Shown here piece after piece: positions 1 through 8,865 of a stretch of DNA of 64,000 bases. The notes under the pieces are model-generated. The model did no database searches and was not told the DNA's origin. It saw nothing but the letters and a program-made list of their open reading frames with translations. Within the stretch, counting starts at the first letter, position 1, and each line of letters opens with the position of its first letter. The DNA comes from Firmicutes bacterium UBA5449 (GTDB taxonomy: Bacteria; Bacillota; SHA-98; UBA4971): NCBI GenBank assembly GCA_002424305.1, contig DIQZ01000035.1, positions 162,335 through 226,334 of the forward strand, read 5' to 3'. The position numbers were made by a program, and so were the translations under genes.

Positions 1-415
1 GGGATGAGACTCCGGCAAGCGGATCTCCGTGAAGCCTTTCATAATCTGCGCAGAAACGCTCGAGAGCTCCTATAGCCACAGGCTCGCCTTTCTTACCTAA
101 CGTGCATACAGCCTCACATTGGCTTTCCTGAGGGCATACACGTCCACACATAGCAGGGAGACTGTTTTTTTCCTTAAGTTTTCTTGCTGCCCCTAGAAAA
201 TCTCCTTCAGCAACAAGCGCAACAAAGTCCGGAATATCTACGCCGACAGGGCACCCTGAAACACAAGGTTTTTTCGGACATCCAATACAACGCTTAGCCT
301 CAGCTACTGCAAGTTCAGGCGTATAGCCTAACGCTACCTCTTCGAAGTTTTCAATACGTTTTCCCGGTGCTTGTTTTGGCATTTCATGTCTTTTTGCTCT
401 TACTTTTGATGACAT
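1..415 (-). CDS. nfnB: NADH-dependent reduced ferredoxin:NADP oxidoreductase subunit B (glutamate synthase small-chain-like), N-terminal part; gene continues beyond window start
   Basis: Own translation of reverse strand from ATG at about 413-415: MSSKVRAKRHEMPKQAPGKRIENFEEVALGYTPELAVAEAKRCIGCPKKPCVSGCPVGVDIPDF..., typical GltD/NfnB N-terminus with 2x[4Fe-4S] Cys motifs; lies immediately downstream of nfnA with a 16-nt overlap. Confidence 0.75.
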   Translation of the reverse strand, partial: MSSKVRAKRHEMPKQAPGKRIENFEEVALGYTPELAVAEAKRCIGCPKKPCVSGCPVGVDIPDFVALVAEGDFLGAARKLKEKNSLPAMCGRVCPQESQCEAVCTLGKKGEPVAIGALERFCADYERLHGDPLAGVSS

Positions 416-1275
416 TTGCATCCCCCCGAGCCCGCCACATAGTGCTCCATGGCAAGCTTCTCCTCTGCCACAAAACGCCTTTGTCTTGCAATTAGTTCAT
501 CAAAATCTACCTTATGACCATCAAATGCAGGACCCTCAACACAAGAGAACATAGTCTTGCCGTCTACAGTCACTCGGCATGAACCGCACATCCCGGTGCC
601 ATCCACCATGATCGCGTTTAAGCTGACAATGGTTTTTACGTCGAATTTGGCAGTAACCTTTGCGGCTGCCCGCATCATCGGCAACGGCCCTATCACTATC
701 ACTTCGTCAGGACGAAGTCCCTTCTCCAACAGATCATCCAAGACCTCAGTGACGAAACCTTTGTGTGCAAAGCTTCCGTCATCCGTACTATAGTAAACCT
801 CATCACTTACCTGTTCTATCCTGTCTTTGAAGATCAACATGTCCTTCGTCTGTGCGCCAATAAGAGATATGACCTTTGTTCCGAGTTTGTGGTAAGCTTT
901 TGCCTCGGGGTATATGGGTGCCACCCCTACGCCTCCTGCCACGCAAACGACACAATCCAGCTTCTCAATGTCTCGCGGAGTCCCAAGAGGACCGACTATA
1001 TCCCGAATGGAGTCACCTTCATTCAAAGTCCCCAGTTCAATCGTGCTCTTCCCGACCTCCTGGAATACCATGGTCAGCAATCCTGTCTTAGGATCGCTGT
1101 CTGCAATCGTCAGAGGTATCCGCTCACCTTTTTCATGCATCCTTAGGACGACAAACTGTCCCGGCCGCGCATGAGCGCATATGTCAGGAGCGTCAACTTC
1201 AACCAGCTTGATTTTAGGCGCCAGTATTTCTTTCTTAAGAATTTTATACATCTCATTCCTCCTTATCAGCACCAT
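400..1275 (-). CDS. nfnA: NfnA / sulfide dehydrogenase beta-like subunit (FAD/NAD(P)-binding, [2Fe-2S] C-terminal Cys cluster)
   Basis: 291 aa; dihydroorotate dehydrogenase electron-transfer subunit-like fold, C-terminal CGSC...C motif; paired with GltD-like gene downstream. Confidence 0.85.
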   Translation of the reverse strand: MVLIRRNEMYKILKKEILAPKIKLVEVDAPDICAHARPGQFVVLRMHEKGERIPLTIADSDPKTGLLTMVFQEVGKSTIELGTLNEGDSIRDIVGPLGTPRDIEKLDCVVCVAGGVGVAPIYPEAKAYHKLGTKVISLIGAQTKDMLIFKDRIEQVSDEVYYSTDDGSFAHKGFVTEVLDDLLEKGLRPDEVIVIGPLPMMRAAAKVTAKFDVKTIVSLNAIMVDGTGMCGSCRVTVDGKTMFSCVEGPAFDGHKVDFDELIARQRRFVAEEKLAMEHYVAGSGGCKCHQK

Positions 1276-1385
1276 GATATATCTAATATTTGGAAATTAG
1301 GCGAGTTCGTCTGAAGGCAATTGTAAATACGCCTAAAATAATCATCATATACATTCGATAAGACTTCAATGAATCCTCTCAGTAG

Positions 1386-2024
1386 TCAGAGGTAATAGGC
1401 CAGATGCATGAGATCTACACTGAGGTCTGTATTGTGAACCCTAACTCCTTCAGGCGCTTTTAGATGAACAGGCGCGAAGTTGAGCACTGCTTCGATCCCT
1501 GCACTAACACACTTATCCATCACCATCTGAGCTGCCTTAGCAGGCACCGCTATGACAACCATTCTAAATCCAAGCTCCGGAGCCTTGCTATGGAAGTTAT
1601 CTATATGGTGTATGTGTACCCCGTTGATACACGTTCCCACTTTTTCAGGACTGGAATCAAACAAAGCTACCAACCTTAGATGATAGTCTCTTTCCGTGTC
1701 ATATCTCTCCATGATGTACCTGGCAATTGCATGACCTAAACTGCCTACGCCGATAATTGCAACCTTTATCTCTTTGTCGAGATTAAGAACTCGTTTAAGT
1801 TCGTCCCGCAAAGTCGGAACCTCATAACCAAGCCCCTGCTTGCCGAAGGCCCCGACGAAGCTGAGATCTTTTCTAACCTGTGCGGGAGTCACACCTGCCA
1901 AGTCTCCAAGCTCAAATGAGGAAATTACGTTACTGTATGAATCCTCATAAAGGTTCTCGAGAACTCGAAGATATATCGGTAGGCGCCTGATAACAACATC
2001 GGGAATACTCTGCTTTCCCACCAT
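1386..2024 (-). CDS. rex: Redox-sensing transcriptional repressor Rex
   Basis: 212 aa; N-terminal winged helix (IPDVVIRRLPIYLRVL) and Rossmann NADH-binding domain (KVAIIGVGSLG); RBS GAAGGGGGAGG upstream. Confidence 0.9.
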   Translation of the reverse strand: MVGKQSIPDVVIRRLPIYLRVLENLYEDSYSNVISSFELGDLAGVTPAQVRKDLSFVGAFGKQGLGYEVPTLRDELKRVLNLDKEIKVAIIGVGSLGHAIARYIMERYDTERDYHLRLVALFDSSPEKVGTCINGVHIHHIDNFHSKAPELGFRMVVIAVPAKAAQMVMDKCVSAGIEAVLNFAPVHLKAPEGVRVHNTDLSVDLMHLAYYL

Positions 2025-2091
2025 CCTCCCCCTTCACACATACATAACTCTCTAAACGTTTGTCACATCAGGTTCCCCGATATTTCGCATC

Positions 2092-2129
2092 TTGAGATTG
2101 AGCGGCGCCAAAGCACCGCTCAATCTCAA
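2092..2129. repeat. Near-perfect 17-bp inverted repeat (TTGAGATTGAGCGGCGC-caaa-GCACCGCTCAATCTCAA) between hydA stop and rex start
   Basis: Read directly; one mismatch in 17 bp arms, 4-nt spacer, no U-tract on the coding (minus) strand. Confidence 0.6.
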
Positions 2130-2180
2130 CGTAATCTATCTTTCCACCCACGTCACGACATGAGTCATCCTGGTCCACAC

Positions 2181-3923
2181 CTAATCACAGGCGTCTTGCG
2201 TACCAGGATACTTCTCGCGCTGTGTATAGTGTGTGTGCAAAAGCTTGTGCGAAACTTCACCAAGCGGTTCTATGAGAAAGTCTTCATAAATTTGCTTTAT
2301 AGCAGGATTCTCATGAGACTTCCTAAGCGGTAGAAGCCGGTCTGCCTCATACAAAGCATTGCCTCGGATACCCCTTATCTCCATGTCAGTAGGTATCGGC
2401 TGGCCTCCCCCTCCGACACAACCGCCGGGGCATGCCATTATCTCGATAAAGTGATATTCTCTCTCTTTGTCGCGAACCAACTCAAGGATTGTTTTGGCAT
2501 TGGCAAGGCCGTGAGCCACTCCAACCCTGACCTTGACATCACCAAGCATAACTTCTGCCTCTTTGATTCCTTCAAGCCCTCTGACTTCCTCAAGATCAAT
2601 ATTAGGGAGTTCCAGGCCTGTGGCTACCTCATAGACAGTCCTGAGAGCGGCCTCCATTACTCCGCCCGTTGCACCAAAAATTGCAGCTGCGCCTGTAGAA
2701 ATACCCATTGGGGCGTCATGCTCATCGTCAGGCAGGCTTCGGAAGTCAATTCCTACCTCACGGATCATCCTTCCCAATTCTCTGCTGGTAAGCACAATGT
2801 CTACATCCTGATATCCTGAAGAAGCCATCTCAGGACGGTCTGCCTCAAACTTCTTGGCAGTACACGGCATGAGGGATACGGAAACAATGTCCTTTGGATC
2901 AATCCCGGCACGCCTTGCATAATAAGTCTTTACAAGGGCTCCGAACATCTGTTGCGGCGATTTACATGTAGAGACGTACTCCAAGAGATCAGGGAAAAAA
3001 TGCTCCCCAAACTTAATCCAGCCCGGACTGCACGATGTAATGAGCGGGAGCGGCCCCCCCTCCTTAATCCTCTTTAGAAGCTCGTTGCCTTCTTCAATAA
3101 TCGTGAGGTCTGCAGTGAAATCTGTATCCATGACTTTATCAAAGCCAAGTCTCCTAAGAGCTGCAACAAGTTTCCCTGTAAAGATTCTCCCCGGCGGAAA
3201 ACCCAACTCCTCGCCAATGCTTACCCTGGTGGCAGGAGCTGTTTGAACAACCACGTGTTTATTAGGATCCGCAAGTGCCCGGAAAACCCTGTCTGTATCG
3301 TCGCGTTCTGCTATTGCACCTACAGGACATGCATGAATACACTGTCCACAGAGGGCACACGCCGCGTCAGCTAAGTCTCTCTCACACGCAGGAGCCACAA
3401 CTACATCTGCACCCCTTCCCACAGGCCACAGCACAGTCGCAGCTTGCACGTCACGGCACATAGCTACACATCTCCTACACGATATACACTTGTCAGGCTC
3501 GCGAACTATTGAGGGAGTTGACTCGTCTAATGGAAGGCCTCGAAGTTTGTGTTCAAAACGGATCTCTCGAATTCCTAACCTTTCCGCGAGTGATTGAAGC
3601 TCACAATTGCGATTTCTTATGCATTGGAGACAGTCAGTAGGATGATGAGCAAGGATGAGTTCGAGGTTCACTCGTCTGGCGTGTCTCACAGCGGGAGTAG
3701 TAGTATGGACCACCATGTTGTCCCTCACCGGAAAGGCACACGCAGGTTGAAGTAGCTTCTCTCCTTCTATCTCTACGACGCAAATGCGGCAAACGGCCTG
3801 GACTTCCAAGTCAGGATGATGGCACAGAGTAGGAATGTCAATTCCAAGCTTGTCGGCTGCTTCAAGAATCGTAGCACCGGCATCTACCTGGACTTTCCGG
3901 CCGTCTATCGTTACCATTGCCAT
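2181..3923 (-). CDS. hydA: [FeFe]-hydrogenase catalytic subunit (HydA/HndD type) with N-terminal [2Fe-2S] and 2x[4Fe-4S] domains
   Basis: 580 aa; H-cluster motifs TSCSPGW, MPCTAKKFE, ACPGGCVGGGGQP; N-terminal ferredoxin-like Cys clusters. Confidence 0.9.
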   Translation of the reverse strand: MAMVTIDGRKVQVDAGATILEAADKLGIDIPTLCHHPDLEVQAVCRICVVEIEGEKLLQPACAFPVRDNMVVHTTTPAVRHARRVNLELILAHHPTDCLQCIRNRNCELQSLAERLGIREIRFEHKLRGLPLDESTPSIVREPDKCISCRRCVAMCRDVQAATVLWPVGRGADVVVAPACERDLADAACALCGQCIHACPVGAIAERDDTDRVFRALADPNKHVVVQTAPATRVSIGEELGFPPGRIFTGKLVAALRRLGFDKVMDTDFTADLTIIEEGNELLKRIKEGGPLPLITSCSPGWIKFGEHFFPDLLEYVSTCKSPQQMFGALVKTYYARRAGIDPKDIVSVSLMPCTAKKFEADRPEMASSGYQDVDIVLTSRELGRMIREVGIDFRSLPDDEHDAPMGISTGAAAIFGATGGVMEAALRTVYEVATGLELPNIDLEEVRGLEGIKEAEVMLGDVKVRVGVAHGLANAKTILELVRDKEREYHFIEIMACPGGCVGGGGQPIPTDMEIRGIRGNALYEADRLLPLRKSHENPAIKQIYEDFLIEPLGEVSHKLLHTHYTQREKYPGTQDACD

Positions 3924-3959
3924 CTTCTGTCACTCCTTCCGTCATGGAGCTAAGTGAAG

Positions 3960-5570
3960 TCATAGCCTGCATGTCCCGGTAGGACACAGCCTATTCTTTA
4001 TGTGAGCTTCAAACTCGTCTTTGAAATACTTAAGCATAGTCATAATAGGCACAGGTGCTGACTGGCCCAGCCCGCAAAGAGACGTTCCTTGCATAGCATG
4101 ACTTAGATCTCTTATGAGTCGAAGATCTTCGTAAGTTCCATTACCCTGCGAGATTTTTCGGATAATATCATGCAATCTTGCTGTTCCTTCTCGACAAGGG
4201 ACACATTTGCCACACGATTCTCGCACAAAGAACCTCATAAAGGATTCTGCGATATCAACAATGCAGTGGCTGTCATCCATTATTAGCAATGCACCTGACC
4301 CGAGAGCAGAACCCACCTCAGGGAGAGTGAAATAATCCATAGGCACATCCAGCATCTCACGGGGGAGGCATCCTCCGGAAGTACCTCCGGTCTGCGCCAT
4401 CTTAAAATCTCGTCCTCCCGGGATTCCGCCACCGATCTCGTAGATTACTCTGCGAAGAGTTATCCCCATCGGCACTTCAATAAGACCTTTGCTGTTAATG
4501 TCGCCGATCATGGTAAATACCTTTGTGCCAGGACATTTCGAGGTGCCGAATCCTCTATACCATTGGGCTCCGTTAAGCATTATCGGGGGGATATTTGCCA
4601 GGGTTTCTACGTTGTTTACTACTGTTGGCTTTCCTAAGAAGCCATGTGTACCAGGATATGGAGGCTTAATTCTAGGTTCCCCTCGTCCACCCTCCATCGA
4701 CTCTATCAGAGCAGTCTCCTCACCACAAACGTAGGCCCCTGCACCTTTTACTACCTGGACGTCAAATGAAAACCCTGACCCGAATATGTCCTCACCAAGC
4801 AATCCAAAGACCTTTGCCTGCTCTATTGCTTCGTTTATTCGCTCTATCGAAAGGACATACTCGCCTCTTATGTACACATAGCCACAACTCGCCCCCACGG
4901 CATACCCGGCGATGGCCATGGCCTCGAGAATATTATGGGGATCTCCCTCAAGGATCAGACGGTCCTTAAAAGTCCCAGGCTCTCCCTCATCAGCATTGCA
5001 TATTATGAACTTCTGTTCCGATTCGGCGTTCGCTGTGAAGCCCCATTTCAAACCTGTGGGAAACGCAGCACCGCCTCTACCTACAAGCCCTGACTGCCTC
5101 ACCACTTCTATGACATCTAAAGGCTCCATCTCAGTGAGACACTTTCCAAGAGCCCTATACCCATCGCGGGCAATATACTCCTCGATAGAAGAGGGATCAA
5201 TAATCCCGCAATTACGCAAGACAATCCTCTCTTGGGACGCCAGATACGTCGGCTCCTCGTACCCTACGACCCCGGCAAGGCGGCCTTCGCCTGTAAGTGA
5301 CGGTATGACCCTGCCCTTTAGGAGATGCTCCTCTACAATTCGAGGGACATCACCAACTTGTACCCTCTCATATAGAGTCCCTTCAGGGTACACCACTATT
5401 ACAGGACCGAGGTCACATGGACCCAAGCAACCCGTTTCAACTACTCTTATCTCCTCATCCAGTCCCCGACGTTTCAACTCATCGATGAGTGCGTCACGTA
5501 CTGCCTTACATCCTTTGAGAATACATGGAGTTCCTCCGCACACCAAGACATGTGAACGGTAAAATTGCAC
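3960..5570 (-). CDS. hydB: Hydrogenase NAD(P)H-binding flavoprotein subunit (NuoF-like; HydB/HndC)
   Basis: 536 aa; N-terminal thioredoxin-like [2Fe-2S] fold, NuoF FMN/NADH motifs (GRGGAAFPTG, GAGAYVCGEETALIESMEG), SLBB and 4Fe-4S NuoF Cys motif. Confidence 0.9.
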   Translation of the reverse strand: MQFYRSHVLVCGGTPCILKGCKAVRDALIDELKRRGLDEEIRVVETGCLGPCDLGPVIVVYPEGTLYERVQVGDVPRIVEEHLLKGRVIPSLTGEGRLAGVVGYEEPTYLASQERIVLRNCGIIDPSSIEEYIARDGYRALGKCLTEMEPLDVIEVVRQSGLVGRGGAAFPTGLKWGFTANAESEQKFIICNADEGEPGTFKDRLILEGDPHNILEAMAIAGYAVGASCGYVYIRGEYVLSIERINEAIEQAKVFGLLGEDIFGSGFSFDVQVVKGAGAYVCGEETALIESMEGGRGEPRIKPPYPGTHGFLGKPTVVNNVETLANIPPIMLNGAQWYRGFGTSKCPGTKVFTMIGDINSKGLIEVPMGITLRRVIYEIGGGIPGGRDFKMAQTGGTSGGCLPREMLDVPMDYFTLPEVGSALGSGALLIMDDSHCIVDIAESFMRFFVRESCGKCVPCREGTARLHDIIRKISQGNGTYEDLRLIRDLSHAMQGTSLCGLGQSAPVPIMTMLKYFKDEFEAHIKNRLCPTGTCRL

Positions 5571-5594
5571 GAGCGTCCACCTCCTCCCCAGATG

Positions 5595-6080
5595 TCACCT
5601 GTATTTCTTAAGAATAACCGGAATTTCATCGGGCGTGAGGTTGCCGTACACTTCATCATCAATCATTATAGCTGGAGCTACACCACACACTCCGAGGCAG
5701 CTGGTGTGCTTGAGAGTAAATGTTCCACAACTTGTGGTACCACCCATGGGAATTCCTAATTCTTTCTCAAGAACATCAATCAGAGAGTTTGCACCCAACA
5801 GATGGCAGGGTGCGTTTTCACATACCCTAATTACATGTTCTCCCATGGGTTTTGTGGAAAAAAGGGTATAGAAGGTAGCGACACCATAAACCTTTGAAAG
5901 TGGCACATCAAGGTTGCTTGCAACCTGGATGAGTGCACTCTCAGGAAGGTATCCAAACACCCTCTGAACATCATGCAAGATAGCAATAAGATCCTGTTTG
6001 CTCCGGCCATGCCTCACAACGATTTCCTTGATGGTCGATTCGCAACAATCTAAGCTCGCAGGCATAACGTCCATCTTCAA
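5595..6080 (-). CDS. hydC: Hydrogenase [2Fe-2S] subunit, NuoE-like (HydC/HndA)
   Basis: 161 aa; thioredoxin-like [2Fe-2S] ferredoxin of NuoE family (CENAPCHLLGA ... CLGVCGVAPA). Confidence 0.85.
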   Translation of the reverse strand: MKMDVMPASLDCCESTIKEIVVRHGRSKQDLIAILHDVQRVFGYLPESALIQVASNLDVPLSKVYGVATFYTLFSTKPMGEHVIRVCENAPCHLLGANSLIDVLEKELGIPMGGTTSCGTFTLKHTSCLGVCGVAPAIMIDDEVYGNLTPDEIPVILKKYR

Positions 6081-6111
6081 GCCCCCTTTTCGTGAAAGGC
6101 GCTCTCTTAAG

Positions 6112-6474
6112 TTACTCGGTAGCGATTACCCACTCCCCAACTATCTGACTATTCACAACGTGACTGGCCACGATCTTGCGTGCCTTCTCCCTGGAGACCT
6201 TACCATACGTGACCTTCTCAGAGCCTGGCATCACTATGGCTATGATAGGTTCCTGTTCACACAGCCCGATGCAACCTGTTTGGGTCACAATGACATCCTG
6301 GATATTACGACGTGCAAGCTCATCCATGATTGCAGAAAGGGTCTCACGCGCCCCTGCTGCAATTCCACATGTTCCCATTCCCACCACAATTTTGATGGAT
6401 TCCCCACCTTCTCTGAGTCTTGTCATTGCCTGAGCTTGCTTCCTGATGCGTTCCAACTCTTCAACTGTTTTCAC
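6112..6474 (-). CDS. hydD: Small thioredoxin-like [2Fe-2S] ferredoxin subunit (HndB/HydD-like)
   Basis: Track ORF 6112..6525; probable true start GTG (VKTVEELERIRK...) preceded by GGGAGGTG RBS; Cys motifs GMGTCGIAAGA and GCIGLCEQEP. Confidence 0.7.
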   Translation of the reverse strand: MKTVEELERIRKQAQAMTRLREGGESIKIVVGMGTCGIAAGARETLSAIMDELARRNIQDVIVTQTGCIGLCEQEPIIAIVMPGSEKVTYGKVSREKARKIVASHVVNSQIVGEWVIATE

Positions 6475-6613
6475 TTGCGACACCTCCCAAGACTTGCCCC
6501 TCAACTCTGTCTCCAAATCCCACATTCATATCAATGAGTAAACAACTTCCTGTATTTACATTTTATTGAATTTAACCCGTATTACCCCACTTCATTATGT
6601 CTAGTTTACTACT

Positions 6614-6631
6614 TTGTGCGATCTTTCACAA
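6614..6631. promoter_or_regulatory. Candidate Rex operator TTGTGCGATCTTTCACAA upstream of the hyd/hnd operon
   Basis: Matches Rex consensus TTGTGAA-N4-TTCACAA in 14/18 positions incl. both TGTG/CACA half-sites; sits about 140 nt upstream of the first hydrogenase gene and rex itself is encoded downstream. Confidence 0.55.
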
Positions 6632-6660
6632 TCCCCCTTTCATATTTTTCGCACCAGACT

Positions 6661-7110
6661 TCACATATCCTCGCTTCCATCGCGTCCACTTGGAGCCAGG
6701 ACCCTGACAACCCTCGCTTGGTACTTGGATATGGCAGGGCGCCTGCTATATACAGCGACTCCGACATATGACAGCCCTAGAAATCCAAAACCAAAGATCG
6801 CTGCGATCAGTGATGCCATGTCTTGCCGTTTAATAAAAGATGCAAAAACGGTGCCCAAGTAGAGGCCGACTAAGAAAAACGCAAGGGGTATCAAATACAC
6901 AATCACTGCAGCCCTGACCACCTGAGACCCTTCTAATTCAAGTTCCACATCATCGTGGATTTTTGCGCCTATGGAATTAACAGCGTTGGCAATAACTCTG
7001 TCTCTTGACCCAAACCCGCATACCTTGCACCTACTGCATTCATCCCTACGAAGTATCTCGACTCTGGCCATGTTGCCACGGGTTTCAAGGACTCTACCAC
7101 GCTCTCTCAT
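6661..7110 (-). CDS. RseC/MucC-family membrane protein (Cys-rich N-terminal domain + two TM helices)
   Basis: 149 aa; N-terminal CSRCKVCG motif followed by two hydrophobic helices, architecture of RseC (SoxR-reducing system) family; last gene of sensor operon. Confidence 0.55.
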   Translation of the reverse strand: MRERGRVLETRGNMARVEILRRDECSRCKVCGFGSRDRVIANAVNSIGAKIHDDVELELEGSQVVRAAVIVYLIPLAFFLVGLYLGTVFASFIKRQDMASLIAAIFGFGFLGLSYVGVAVYSRRPAISKYQARVVRVLAPSGRDGSEDM

Positions 7111-7146
7111 ACTACATACAACCTCCGGCGTTATATCGCATAGGAT

Positions 7147-7734
7147 TTACGTCATCTGAACATGCTTAAGACCTTCTCGAATTACATTGCGTATCACAGG
7201 TACTGCAGACGGGCTTCCAATAGACATTCCCCCGAGTATTTTCGCAAGCATGCCTGTGCTACACCTAAACCTAGTCTTCCCTCTACTATGTTCATACTTG
7301 AAATCCACATGAGGGTTGCAGACTATGAGAAGAGCCATTGTCTCTGCCATGTCCCCAAGGGGCGCCCTATCGATATTGCTGATCTTGAAAGTAGCCTTGA
7401 TCTCTGTCCCCTGCCCTGACCCTGACTGGATTTCCAGATCCCCTCCCGCCACTCTCGCAGCTTCACTAAACAATGGGATTCCAAGGCCCACTCGGCGAGT
7501 TCTCCTTGATGTTGCGAAGGGATCGGTAATATGCTTTAGGATTTCTTCGGGAATTCCGCACCCATCGTCTGCAACACGTATAGTCAACAGGTCAGAAGAT
7601 TCGTCCTCATCAACTGTGATTTCCACAGTATTCGCACCGGCCTCTATAGAGTTTTGCGCTATGTCCAGGATATGAAGAGATAGCTCTCGCACATAATCCC
7701 CCTCCTGCTTCACATATCCGTAAGACACAATCAT
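7147..7734 (-). CDS. Stand-alone GHKL (histidine-kinase-like HATPase_c) ATPase
   Basis: 195 aa; N-box NSIEAG, G1 box DDGCGI, G2 box GLGIPLF; no DHp/His phosphoacceptor domain. Confidence 0.7.
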   Translation of the reverse strand: MIVSYGYVKQEGDYVRELSLHILDIAQNSIEAGANTVEITVDEDESSDLLTIRVADDGCGIPEEILKHITDPFATSRRTRRVGLGIPLFSEAARVAGGDLEIQSGSGQGTEIKATFKISNIDRAPLGDMAETMALLIVCNPHVDFKYEHSRGKTRFRCSTGMLAKILGGMSIGSPSAVPVIRNVIREGLKHVQMT

Positions 7735-8483
7735 CTTACAGCGGTTTCTTCAGGCTTAACGTACCGCCCGTCGGAAAGCCTCAAAGCAAGCAGAATCTCA
7801 TCCCACTTAGGCGCCTCAATCCAAAAGCCGACACTGACTGATATCTCATTTAACCTATGGGCATCGGAAGACTTAACAAGAGAAAAACCGGCCACGCATG
7901 GGAATCTGTCCCTAGCCTGTTCCACACTGATATTCCTCGATATTTCCATGCAGTCAGGGCGGAGCGCGTCCGGCACAAACCCTAGATTCCTGATGAGGCT
8001 GAATGACGGCCTATCGATATGGGCAGGAATAACAATACCTTCCAATTCGCGCACGCGCTTGCCTAGGTAGTTAATACTCATAGATGTAGAAGCCAGAAGC
8101 AGAATGCATAACTTGCCTGTTATCCTACCACGTGAATCTAATATCAGTTGTTCACCAAACCTTGCCTCATCGTTCCAAGTGCCGGGTAAAGCAGCGTAAA
8201 TCTCTTCCTGCCAGCAAGTCAAGGCATCCACGTGCCGGAAGAACGTCAGTACATGCACATCCTCCAGTGTTTGGACTTCAATACCACCTATTACTGTTAT
8301 CCCCTCAGTCGCCCCTGCCTCCATTACTGCCATGACATTTTCTGCCGAATTGTGATCGCATATGCCTATGATTTCCAGTCCCTTGGCTTTGGCAGCTTTG
8401 ATTATCGCAGGCGGAGTCATTTCATTTTCTGCGCATGGGGACAGGGCGGTATGAATATGGAGATCCGCCCAAAAGAGCCGCAC
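7731..8483 (-). CDS. PHP-domain phosphoesterase (HfsC-like)
   Basis: 250 aa; N-terminal ADLHIHTALSPC metal-binding motif of PHP family. Confidence 0.75.
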   Translation of the reverse strand: MRLFWADLHIHTALSPCAENEMTPPAIIKAAKAKGLEIIGICDHNSAENVMAVMEAGATEGITVIGGIEVQTLEDVHVLTFFRHVDALTCWQEEIYAALPGTWNDEARFGEQLILDSRGRITGKLCILLLASTSMSINYLGKRVRELEGIVIPAHIDRPSFSLIRNLGFVPDALRPDCMEISRNISVEQARDRFPCVAGFSLVKSSDAHRLNEISVSVGFWIEAPKWDEILLALRLSDGRYVKPEETAVR

Positions 8484-8498
8484 CTCGCTCCTCTCCTT

Positions 8499-8861
8499 CT
8501 ATTCCCTCTTCCTGCCCCTTATACCCATAAGGTACAAGATACCTATGACCTCAAAAGAAGGTTTCTCCGTGGTAAGTATAGGCACGCCTTCCTCATCAGC
8601 CTTAGAAACAGTCTCAGGAGCGGGGTCTGCCCCTCCTGTCACAACAATTGCGGAAATACCTGTGAGACTTCCGACAGCAACAATGTTCTGGTGAGTCTGC
8701 ACAGTAACCCAGATATCCCCGGGTCCTGCCACTGCCATGACATCACTTAGAAGGTCTGACGAATACCCAAATGATATTCGGCTGTCAAGCTTCCGTGAAC
8801 CTGCTGCTACTTCACACCCGAGCTTGTCCACGATATCCCGCACAGTAACGATATTACCCAT
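8499..8861 (-). CDS. DRTGG-domain protein
   Basis: 120 aa; paralogue of 10636..11019; DRTGG-like motif ...VVTGGADP... Confidence 0.55.
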   Translation of the reverse strand: MGNIVTVRDIVDKLGCEVAAGSRKLDSRISFGYSSDLLSDVMAVAGPGDIWVTVQTHQNIVAVGSLTGISAIVVTGGADPAPETVSKADEEGVPILTTEKPSFEVIGILYLMGIRGRKRE

Positions 8862-8865
8862 ACTA

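Noticed and set aside
1276-1385. Possible Rex box upstream of nfnA
   Set aside because: Only TTGTAAAT-like half-site fragments. No palindromic TTGTGA…TCACAA match found by eye.
4912-5562. 216-aa plus-strand ORF antisense to hydB (and similar long antisense ORFs at 5998..6537, 32644..33446, 34728..35372, 39109..39786, 55584..56159, 59187..59678, 62100..62732, 63167..63811)
   Set aside because: All lie entirely inside well-supported reverse-strand genes. They are Ser/Pro/Arg-rich, as expected for antisense frames of GC-balanced coding DNA. No RBS or domain signal.
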